Virus record (IMG/VR): IMGVR_UViG_3300042922_000542 | Location: 1-64,000 of that record | Length of the DNA stretch: 64,000 bases | Direction: 5' to 3' (one strand) | Shown here: positions 11,547-19,951 of the stretch, one piece after another | Numbering within the stretch: the first letter of the stretch is position 1 | How the letters are laid out: the number at the start of each line of letters is the position of its first letter | Made by a program: the position numbers and the translations under genes | The notes under the pieces: model-generated | What the model was told of the DNA's origin: nothing | The model's database searches: none | What the model saw: only the letters and a program-made list of their open reading frames with translations

Positions 11547-11557
11547 CATATACTAAA

Positions 11558-11589
11558 AATAATGGGGGACAATCAAGTCCCCCATTATT
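11558..11589. terminator. Bidirectional terminator
   Basis: AATAATGGGGGAC-AATCAA-GTCCCCCATTATT between convergent genes. Confidence 0.85.
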
Positions 11590-11607
11590 ATTTATTTTTT
11601 TATTTTA

Positions 11608-11901
11608 TTAGCAATTGCATCCACGACTAGTACAAGAGCAGCCATCATTATCTTCAACTAATATCATTCCGCAGTTATTGACAAACGAAATATACAAATC
11701 CGATTTTTTATCAGATGTAGACGAAACGTAGCCCTTACTTAATTCTTGTCTTAATACACTTAGACGAGTTGTTATATCAACCCATTCATTCGTGAATGAT
11801 TCATGCACGCCAACAAATTGTTCAACCGCATTAGCACGCCCAATCAATTCTAGTGGCAATACATTTGTATCAATTAATTCATATTGAACTTTCTTAACCA
11901 T
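11608..11901 (-). CDS. Small accessory protein (TIGR04116-like) with Cys-rich tail
   Basis: 97 aa; 'EW..ITTRLSVLRQELSKGY...LYISFVNNCGMIL' and tail GCSCTSRGCNC; last gene of the cassette. Confidence 0.55.
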   Translation of the reverse strand: MVKKVQYELIDTNVLPLELIGRANAVEQFVGVHESFTNEWVDITTRLSVLRQELSKGYVSSTSDKKSDLYISFVNNCGMILVEDNDGCSCTSRGCNC

Positions 11902-11915
11902 TATATTTCTCCTGA

Positions 11916-13181
11916 TTAATAATTTATTTTTCTGAATGATCTCTGTTGATCTTCTCGATTCATAGGTTGAGGATATCCAATTGTAGTCGGTTCTGTATGA
12001 TATGATTTCTCTGAAATATCTGCAGATGTATTAGATTGTAAATACGTTGTACAATGTCCTACGCATGTACTAATGCATTTATCAGTACAATTATTAAAAC
12101 AATCTCTATTACAACTTGAGTCACACCACCAACCACATAAATTGGCACAATTAGAACAAGTACCCTGACATTTAACTGAGCATAAACCAATACACATACC
12201 CACACATGAGTAGCAAAGATCACTACAACCACCACATGAGTCAGTGCAATTATCATAACAATGATTCACACATTTATTTACGCATGTTTGAGTACAATAA
12301 ATATTACATGCTTGGCCACATTGAACCGAACATTGACTTGAACAAGGTCCACAATTAAATCCACAATTGTTAGCGCATGTTCTACATAATGATGAACATG
12401 CATTTGAACATAGTGCTGTACATGATTTACCAACACAATTAACACTACATGTATTTACACATGCACCCTTACTTGCACCGCATGATGAACGACAAGCTTC
12501 TAGATGACAACTCGTGTTACAATCCTTTTGACATAGACCGGTACACGAACCACCGCAATTTCCACATCCCGTTGATCCAGGCGGTTTAGCATCCTCTTGG
12601 GATGATGCATGACCATCACATGTTGTACATATACCAGTGTTTGCATTACAATCACTTGCACAATTTGTACAACCGCCACCACCAGAACTAGTAGTTGCAC
12701 ATTCTTCTCTACACGATGTTCCACATCCTGTGCATGCACCACTACAACCACTACAACCATCTCCAGTACTAGTGCCGCTACATCCTCCACCACAGGTACC
12801 ACCGCATCCACCTTCACATCCATTTCCACAACTAGAGCTACACATAGAACAGTCACCTGAACAACTTCCAGGGCAACTAGTATCTCCAGGATCTGGTGCA
12901 GCAGATGACGATCCTTTACAAGTACCAGTACAACCACTACACCCTCCACTGCATCCATTAGAACATGATCCGGACCCAGCATTACAAGTATCTCTACACA
13001 TACCTTTACATGTTGTACCACAACTATCAGAACTACAACCTGCACCGCATCTAGATTGACAAGATGTTCCACAACTACCACATCCAGTACCAATACTCTT
13101 TGTTGCTGTGGTACTACTAGAACTACTAGCAGCATCTTTTGCTTGTTTTATAGCACCTATTATTCCTGACAATAAACTCAT
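11916..13181 (-). CDS. CxxxC-repeat Cys-rich protein, putative radical SAM substrate
   Basis: 421 aa, about 78 Cys (hand count), mostly spaced CxxxC/CxxC; RBS AAGGTGAT. Confidence 0.85.
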   Translation of the reverse strand: MSLLSGIIGAIKQAKDAASSSSSTTATKSIGTGCGSCGTSCQSRCGAGCSSDSCGTTCKGMCRDTCNAGSGSCSNGCSGGCSGCTGTCKGSSSAAPDPGDTSCPGSCSGDCSMCSSSCGNGCEGGCGGTCGGGCSGTSTGDGCSGCSGACTGCGTSCREECATTSSGGGGCTNCASDCNANTGICTTCDGHASSQEDAKPPGSTGCGNCGGSCTGLCQKDCNTSCHLEACRSSCGASKGACVNTCSVNCVGKSCTALCSNACSSLCRTCANNCGFNCGPCSSQCSVQCGQACNIYCTQTCVNKCVNHCYDNCTDSCGGCSDLCYSCVGMCIGLCSVKCQGTCSNCANLCGWWCDSSCNRDCFNNCTDKCISTCVGHCTTYLQSNTSADISEKSYHTEPTTIGYPQPMNREDQQRSFRKINY

Positions 13182-13214
13182 TTATCAATCACCTTCTTTA
13201 CACAATGATCTGTA

Positions 13215-14852
13215 TCAAACACGTATACCCGTATTTGCATTACAATCTATTTTACATGTAGCTGTACAAGCACTAGTACAACCAAAACACGTTCCAGTAC
13301 ATGTTAAATTACATGATCCAGTACAACCATCACAAGCTGTACACCCATTTGAACATCCAGTGTCACAGTTACCACAATTATTACTGCAGGTTACAGTACA
13401 ATTATCGTAGCAACTATTTTTACAAGTACTGAAACATGACAATGTACATACACCCTCACATACACCAGCACAATCACCTGTACAATCTGCAACACAACCC
13501 TCTTTACACGATTGACCCTTTCCAGATTTATAACCACCATTATGTTCATTATCATTACTAATGCATCCACCAAAACAACTAGTTGAACAATATGTATTAC
13601 AAGTTGTAAAACATAATGCTGAGCATACTGAATCCCAACATGTCGTTTTTTTATTAGGATAATATTGACATGAGAATGAACATCCACTGCATGTATACGT
13701 TGATGATATTACTGTATTTTGGATAACTGCACTTGAGGCTGTCTGTCCACAATTATTACTACATCCGCTAGGGTTACCTGTAGATTTAATAGAAACTGTA
13801 TCAGCTCCTGCATTCAAACAAGATTTACCACCAATATCACTACATTTGGTTTTACATCCAGAATAACATTGTGTCGTACATCCTGTACATATATTACCAC
13901 AATCTGAATGACATGCATTACCGCATCTGCTCCAACATGTGGATGCACAACCTTCGGAACATTGATTATCACATGTTAGATAACATAAACCTGTACATGC
14001 TACATTACACAATCCTTTAGATCCTGTTGAAATTTGTCTTGATGGATATTCTGATCCTCTATTAGGGTTTCTAGGATTAGCTCCAAATCTAGATGCTGAA
14101 CTAATGCCACCTGTCACTTGATCAACTACTGTTTCATTTCGTTGATCGTCCTGAGTAATTATATGACGATGAACAATCGGTGAAACATATGGGTTTATCG
14201 GATGATGATCAATAACACCAGGACTTGCTCCATAATCATCATAGAAGTTAGTCTCATCAGGACCACTATGACCTGGTAATATTTCTTCACCATCATATTC
14301 TCCAGATGGATATTCTACTGGAACTGTTACGGTTTTACCATTATTTGCAATAGGGTATAAACCATATCCTGTATACATACCATTCGTAACTCCATTATTA
14401 GGGTCATATTTCTGAAAAGATTCAGTAACGGGCACATTTAAAATATCATTTTCAGCAGCTTCTATTTTTGTTGATATATCTTCAGGATCTCTAAACACTA
14501 AACCCGCAACCTCATCTCTGCCATAGAATAAATCTATGTCATGGATCTTAGATAAACCAACTAAATAGTTTTGTATTTCATCAACATCAATTCTAGCACT
14601 AGATGAATTAATATCTCCAACAGGATTATCTCCTTGCGCAGGATATTTGATATTTCTTGTAGGTTCTATGGATCCGGTAGATGGAGTATTAATGGTATAT
14701 GTTTTATCTGTGACTTCACTAGTCCTATCAGCTCCGACTGCAGGTGTAGTTAACGGATCCCACCATTTAAATGTTCCACGACGTTTAATCTCAGCATTTA
14801 ATTTATCCTTAATTGCATCAAATTCTGTTTTTGAATATAATTTATCATTCAC
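13215..14852 (-). CDS. Protein with Cys-free N-half and CxxxC-repeat C-half, putative radical SAM substrate
   Basis: About 545 aa from GTG 14852 (RBS GAGGTG); about 52 Cys, all in the C-half starting at GLCNVACTGLC. Confidence 0.85.
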   Translation of the reverse strand: MNDKLYSKTEFDAIKDKLNAEIKRRGTFKWWDPLTTPAVGADRTSEVTDKTYTINTPSTGSIEPTRNIKYPAQGDNPVGDINSSSARIDVDEIQNYLVGLSKIHDIDLFYGRDEVAGLVFRDPEDISTKIEAAENDILNVPVTESFQKYDPNNGVTNGMYTGYGLYPIANNGKTVTVPVEYPSGEYDGEEILPGHSGPDETNFYDDYGASPGVIDHHPINPYVSPIVHRHIITQDDQRNETVVDQVTGGISSASRFGANPRNPNRGSEYPSRQISTGSKGLCNVACTGLCYLTCDNQCSEGCASTCWSRCGNACHSDCGNICTGCTTQCYSGCKTKCSDIGGKSCLNAGADTVSIKSTGNPSGCSNNCGQTASSAVIQNTVISSTYTCSGCSFSCQYYPNKKTTCWDSVCSALCFTTCNTYCSTSCFGGCISNDNEHNGGYKSGKGQSCKEGCVADCTGDCAGVCEGVCTLSCFSTCKNSCYDNCTVTCSNNCGNCDTGCSNGCTACDGCTGSCNLTCTGTCFGCTSACTATCKIDCNANTGIRV

Positions 14853-14915
14853 ACTTATCACCTCAATCACATTTATATTTGCATTTATTTAATTTTAAAG
14901 AGTCTGCAAATTCAA

Positions 14916-16727
14916 TTATTGGTTTTCCAATACGGTAATTGTAGAACGAGCCACTATCATTTTTAATAATTTTAACTCTTCCTCATTAATAACCATCAAT
15001 GCCCATTCGTCGGGTAATTGTAATTTTCTTACTCCCAAATTATAATGTGGTTTCTTTATAGCTAACAGGTTCCAGTAATATACATTGGCTAAGTGTTCGG
15101 CAAACATTTGTAAACATATGAATTGAGTTCTCTTATTTGCAGTCCCATATGTTTGATGGCATAACCCACTACACCAAGAGCAAGAAGATCCAATTGGACA
15201 ATCATAACAAATATCATTTGATTGTGAACGCCTTGTTACACTATCCATCATCGACAATATTTCGGATCCTTCTTCTCTACCAACCATACCAGTATCAATA
15301 TGACCTATACATTGCTCTTTGCATTTCGTTCCAAGTGATGATGGCATATATCTAATACATGGATAAAATTTACCCTTGTAGTCTAGTGCCAACATTGATC
15401 CTAATCCTCCACACCAATTTTGATCCGAAGTGTGTTTAAGCCTAGTCTCAGGTTTATCATCGAATATAGCAATATATAGATGCTCTAAATTATTTTCCAG
15501 CAAGTAGTTCGCTAGTTTCTTTAATTGTTCATATTCTAGTGTAGCAGTTTCTTGTGTCCAAACATCTTCAAACACGCAGTTTAAATTGATAGATTCCATA
15601 TCCTCATTGATGAAATTAATAACTGAATCATATAAATATTTCATATTTTCTGGAGCCAATGTCATCTTTGAATTTCTTTCGGTAGTATGATATTTATTAA
15701 AATGATTTAATGCAAGAATATCGATATCATACGAGCCTTCACCATTAGGCTGGATTCTACATGAGTCTTGTAATTCTTTATTACCATCTATTGATATATT
15801 AAATGAAACATGTTTAGCATATTTTTTAAAGAAATCTTGCACGTCTCTATCAAAATATAACATCCCATTGGTACATATAGAAATTCTATGCATTGCAAAC
15901 CATGGATGGTTTAATTCATAGCATCTTTCTAAAAAATATTCATAAATCTTTTTGGTAAGATTAATTTCTAACAATGGGTCCCCACCAATAAACTCAATGA
16001 TTATTGCAGGTGAATTGTGTTTATTAATATAACTATATTCATCATTTAAAAGTTTATCGATAAATGCTTTAGCTGTTGGAAATTTCATTCTTCCACATGT
16101 TTTATTTATCTGATAACAATATGTGCAGGATAAATTACAATCCTCAGTTGTTTGGAATGTAAAGTTGTGTACATATATTGATGTATCCTTATTAGTAGGA
16201 TCTACTGTATCTTGAGTAAACAATTCAGGGTAAACTTTTTGAATGGCATCACTATAACTTTCAACATTAAATCTAAAAAATTGATTTGGCATTATATTAA
16301 ATACTTCATCATCCTTTATTTTATCATCAATATAATTTAAACAATTTTCATCATCAGATAATATTATTACATCAAATCCAATCTCTTGATTTTTGAAATC
16401 AATATGTTTAACAATTACCTCAGATATATTATCAATATTATATGAGGAAACTCCAGATGATTCGATTATATCATTTAAGAATACTGCAACTATTTCACAG
16501 AATCCATAACGTACCTCGTCCAAGATACTAGTAAGTTTTTCATGTAATTCCGGGATTTTATCTAGATCCTTATTATGGTCATACATATAATTTATTCTAA
16601 ATGATATCGCATCAGCTTCATATCGTAACCTGGTTGTTTTATGATACCCGAATGTCTGCATTTCAAATATATCGAATTGCTGATTGTATAATTTAATTTT
16701 TTTATATAATGCATTTGTCTCTTTCAT
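14916..16727 (-). CDS. Radical SAM/SPASM peptide maturase, CXXX-repeat target family (TIGR04115-like), with N-terminal extension
   Basis: CxxxCxxC (TEDCNLSCTYCYQ), IEFIGGDPLL, SIDG; SPASM (NWCGG..FYPCIRY..CYDCPIGSSCSWCSG..FIC); C-terminal LANVYYWN signature. Confidence 0.9.
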   Translation of the reverse strand: MKETNALYKKIKLYNQQFDIFEMQTFGYHKTTRLRYEADAISFRINYMYDHNKDLDKIPELHEKLTSILDEVRYGFCEIVAVFLNDIIESSGVSSYNIDNISEVIVKHIDFKNQEIGFDVIILSDDENCLNYIDDKIKDDEVFNIMPNQFFRFNVESYSDAIQKVYPELFTQDTVDPTNKDTSIYVHNFTFQTTEDCNLSCTYCYQINKTCGRMKFPTAKAFIDKLLNDEYSYINKHNSPAIIIEFIGGDPLLEINLTKKIYEYFLERCYELNHPWFAMHRISICTNGMLYFDRDVQDFFKKYAKHVSFNISIDGNKELQDSCRIQPNGEGSYDIDILALNHFNKYHTTERNSKMTLAPENMKYLYDSVINFINEDMESINLNCVFEDVWTQETATLEYEQLKKLANYLLENNLEHLYIAIFDDKPETRLKHTSDQNWCGGLGSMLALDYKGKFYPCIRYMPSSLGTKCKEQCIGHIDTGMVGREEGSEILSMMDSVTRRSQSNDICYDCPIGSSCSWCSGLCHQTYGTANKRTQFICLQMFAEHLANVYYWNLLAIKKPHYNLGVRKLQLPDEWALMVINEEELKLLKMIVARSTITVLENQ

Positions 16728-16794
16728 TATAATACCTCCTGTTATATATTAACTTTATTTAGCTTAATTCTTAGTAATATTAAAATCATATAAA

Positions 16795-16824
16795 GATAAT
16801 GGATGGGCAATCCCATCCATTATC
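16795..16824. terminator. Terminator hairpin between the two rSAM cassettes
   Basis: GATAATGGATGGG-CAAT-CCCATCCATTATC. Confidence 0.8.
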
Positions 16825-16825
16825 A

Positions 16826-17662
16826 CTATCTATTATTTGATATGTATTCTTGATATATCATGGATAGTTCTTGATCAACTTTATTCCGCTCAGTTAATTT
16901 TGTATCATCATATTTTTGCTCGGATAACAATTGACCATTACAGTCCTTCGTTGAAATTACATAATGTGAATTGACATTAACGGTATTAATATTCTCAATA
17001 GTGATTTCATTATCGATAAAATAATTATCATAGATTAATTGTTTCATAATACTCATATAATGATCTCTAATAATATTGAAATCATCACTGACAAATCCAA
17101 ATTCAATTCGTTTAAATCCAATAGAAACTAAATTATTGATACTTTCTTTAAGATATCCAATATTAGATTTATTTAAAGTACAATGTGCAATTAGGTTAAT
17201 CCCACTCTTTATGAATTTGCCTATATTGTCTATTATATAATCATATGATCCTTTCCCGTTTTTAAGTATACGATTAATATTGTGCGATAATTTATTACCA
17301 TCTATTGAAATACATAATAAAATATTATATTTTTTAATGGTATTAATAATTTCATCTGAATACATCATACCGTTAGTTGAAGTTACAAATTTAAATTTAT
17401 ATTCAGAATAATGATCAATAATATATTTACATATTTGATTTAGTCGATCTATAAATAAAAATGGTTCACCGCCTAATAATTCAACAGTAATCGACCTACC
17501 CGTAATATGCAACATACTTTCATCGAATATCCGAATTATATCATCTATGGTACTATCTGATTCAATATCACTATCAAGCATATTATTATATACATAACAA
17601 TATTTACATCTCATATTGCAGAGCTTAGTAATATACATATTTATATGTCGACATTCAGACAT
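16826..17662 (-). CDS. Radical SAM protein lacking a SPASM domain
   Basis: TKLCNMRCKYCYV, LLGGEPFL, TNG, ISIDG; no C-terminal Cys cluster; ATG overlaps upstream TAA. Confidence 0.85.
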   Translation of the reverse strand: MSECRHINMYITKLCNMRCKYCYVYNNMLDSDIESDSTIDDIIRIFDESMLHITGRSITVELLGGEPFLFIDRLNQICKYIIDHYSEYKFKFVTSTNGMMYSDEIINTIKKYNILLCISIDGNKLSHNINRILKNGKGSYDYIIDNIGKFIKSGINLIAHCTLNKSNIGYLKESINNLVSIGFKRIEFGFVSDDFNIIRDHYMSIMKQLIYDNYFIDNEITIENINTVNVNSHYVISTKDCNGQLLSEQKYDDTKLTERNKVDQELSMIYQEYISNNR

Positions 17663-18783
17663 TAATCATCATCCTTCAAATTAAATTTAATACGAATATT
17701 GTCATATCCAATTTTATTAATAAACATTTCAGATGCATCATAAAAAAGTTTTATTGCTTTACATACACCATCTATGGGTTCACATATATTTTTCTTACCA
17801 TGTTCCATTATTGCTGCAAAACATTGACCATAGCATACGCCATATAATTCACAATTTCTACATTTTGGAGATATATCATGTGAAAAGTTTTTATATATAT
17901 TTGCAATATTATTGGTTTCATCAATATCAGTAAATATGGAACCAAGTTTAGTATGTTCAAAGCGGTTATTGAAAAAACGTTGACAAGGATATATGTCACC
18001 ATTGGGTGCTAATGCAATTGTAGATGAACCAGCTGAACAGAAGTAGGTTCTACCGTGGGCTTTACATCTATATGGTAATAGTAAGCCAGTATCAAGAAAT
18101 GGAGTTTCCGAGTAAAATTTATCAACTAGAAATTCTACATATTCAATATAAAAATTCTTTAATCTCTCCAATTGCACATCATTCCAATCGCAATCTCGGA
18201 CAATACTCAAATTAATACGCCTGAATCCATCTTTGATGTAATCTTTAATACCATCTAGGACATAATCAATATTATCAGGTGATATCATAAATTTAAATAT
18301 TTTAGAGCTGATTGGTCTGTTATTAGCTTCACAATATAGTGTAGCACCTTTTATACAGTCATCATAGCTACCTTTACCATTTGGATATACCCGACATCTA
18401 TCATGGCTGCTTCTCCCACCATCTAGGGACATACTAATCCCTATTTCATTATTCTTGAGATATTCAACCTTCTCTTTATTTAATAATGTCAAATTACTTG
18501 TAGTCATAATTGCAATATTTACATCTGGTCGCATTTTTTTTACTTCATTGATATTATCAACTATTTTACAGAATTTTTCCCATTCCATTATAGCCTCTCC
18601 ACCGAATAAATCAATATGAAGAGATTTTATATCATTTTTAACGATAATATTATTAAGAAATACGGGCAAATATTCAATAACATCATCCGATATTGTTAAC
18701 CCGTTTGTTTTATTAACATAGCAATATTTACAACGCAAATTGCATTTCTCAGTTACAATAATAATGATTGTACTAATTTTCAT
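17662..18783 (-). CDS. Radical SAM/SPASM maturase
   Basis: TEKCNLRCKYCYV, FGGE, SLDG; SPASM CSAG..GDIYPCQRF..CRNCELYGVCYGQC..VC. Confidence 0.92.
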   Translation of the reverse strand: MKISTIIIIVTEKCNLRCKYCYVNKTNGLTISDDVIEYLPVFLNNIIVKNDIKSLHIDLFGGEAIMEWEKFCKIVDNINEVKKMRPDVNIAIMTTSNLTLLNKEKVEYLKNNEIGISMSLDGGRSSHDRCRVYPNGKGSYDDCIKGATLYCEANNRPISSKIFKFMISPDNIDYVLDGIKDYIKDGFRRINLSIVRDCDWNDVQLERLKNFYIEYVEFLVDKFYSETPFLDTGLLLPYRCKAHGRTYFCSAGSSTIALAPNGDIYPCQRFFNNRFEHTKLGSIFTDIDETNNIANIYKNFSHDISPKCRNCELYGVCYGQCFAAIMEHGKKNICEPIDGVCKAIKLFYDASEMFINKIGYDNIRIKFNLKDDD

Positions 18784-18794
18784 TTTTTATACCT

Positions 18795-19208
18795 CTAATT
18801 ATCACCTATTACCAAACCACATTGATCACAATCACATGCACATCTATCACAATTGCAAGAACATCTATCGCAATCACAATCACAATTATCGCAATTACAT
18901 TGACATGTATTATTGTATATTGTCGTAGCAGCTATACTGGCATTATTAAAAACTGTAGCAAGTATATATTTGCCTTGTTCAAAATTTATCAATGAACTAA
19001 GATCTGCCTTGGGATATACCGCTGAATGACCATTTGCAGCAACTAAATTATTTTTAATTGATGTAAACAAAGTGCTAGTTATTAAATTACCTTTCACGGC
19101 TCTTTCTGTATTTGCAGGTTGACCAAGTCGTATTCGAGTTTGATCAACCGATGCAGCAACAACATTTGCATCATCCGCTAACATTTTCTGACCTTTAACT
19201 ATTGCCAA
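18795..19208 (-). CDS. Small protein with C-terminal (CxCxCDx)4 repeat, putative rSAM substrate
   Basis: Likely TTG start 19208 after GGGTGA; tail CQCNCDN-CDCDCDR-CSCNCDR-CACDCDQ-C. Confidence 0.85.
   Translation of the reverse strand: MAIVKGQKMLADDANVVAASVDQTRIRLGQPANTERAVKGNLITSTLFTSIKNNLVAANGHSAVYPKADLSSLINFEQGKYILATVFNNASIAATTIYNNTCQCNCDNCDCDCDRCSCNCDRCACDCDQCGLVIGDN
18829..18905 (-). repeat. Imperfect 21-bp tandem repeat encoding CxCxCDx heptads
   Basis: Four 7-codon units visible in both DNA and protein. Confidence 0.75.
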
Positions 19209-19518
19209 TGTTATCACCCACTTTTACAATAAAATCAATAGACTCATATAAAATATCACTGATTGAGAAGTGATATATATTCTTTACAATATTACTTATA
19301 GATTTAACGATGGTACCATTTACCAATACCTGAACTGATTTTACTGGTTTATCCCTAAAATATTGATTTAAAACTGTACCTGTTGTTGGAACAACATCAT
19401 TTATGATACGTAATTGAGTTAATTCACTCCCAACATTCATAAAAAAATTTATCCCCGCAGTTTTATCAATTATAACATCTTCATCAATATATTCAATTTT
19501 TATTTTTACACCTTCCAT
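19195..19518 (-). CDS. Small beta-rich hypothetical protein in rSAM cassette
   Basis: 107 aa, RBS AGGAGG; resembles the neighbouring ORF. Confidence 0.7.
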   Translation of the reverse strand: MEGVKIKIEYIDEDVIIDKTAGINFFMNVGSELTQLRIINDVVPTTGTVLNQYFRDKPVKSVQVLVNGTIVKSISNIVKNIYHFSISDILYESIDFIVKVGDNIGNS

Positions 19519-19549
19519 AATTTAACCCTCCTGTTTATAATAATTAATC

Positions 19550-19951
19550 TTATTCATAATTAAAATGGAGTTCGGAATTAGATAAATATATTCGATCTAT
19601 TATTATATCATCCATAATATTTATACCATATGAGATACTCTTTACGCCTAATATTTCATCACATATTTCATCTCCATTAAACATTTGAACATTGATTACT
19701 TTTCGATCCATCAATGCTTGACGAATTATATCAAATTTTTCATGAAAGTCGTTAACTGTGACATTTCTAATGATTAATGCATTTGATATCATTTTGCTTA
19801 AACTATTTGCCACTGTGAGACTATCATCTCGGTATCGTACGGCCGATACTACCGGGGATTGAGGTAGGGATGTTGGATCTATATTAATATTAGGCACCAC
19901 ATCTAATGTCATCGTCACCATTGGTTCGATTATTATTTTTACACGTGTCAT
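19550..19951 (-). CDS. Small beta-rich hypothetical protein in rSAM cassette
   Basis: Likely start MTRVK at 19951 (RBS AAGGGG); overlaps the 3' end of the upstream rSAM gene. Confidence 0.65.
   Translation of the reverse strand: MTRVKIIIEPMVTMTLDVVPNINIDPTSLPQSPVVSAVRYRDDSLTVANSLSKMISNALIIRNVTVNDFHEKFDIIRQALMDRKVINVQMFNGDEICDEILGVKSISYGINIMDDIIIDRIYLSNSELHFNYE

Noticed and set aside
12059-13687. Val-rich, Thr-rich and Pro/His-rich alternative-frame ORFs over the Cys-rich genes
   Set aside because: Shadows of repeated TGT codons; no RBS; fully overlap the real genes
11916-14852. Cys-rich proteins as eukaryotic contamination (keratin-associated or metallothionein-like)
   Set aside because: Bacterial-type RBSs, no introns, AT-rich codon style and operon linkage to rSAM genes
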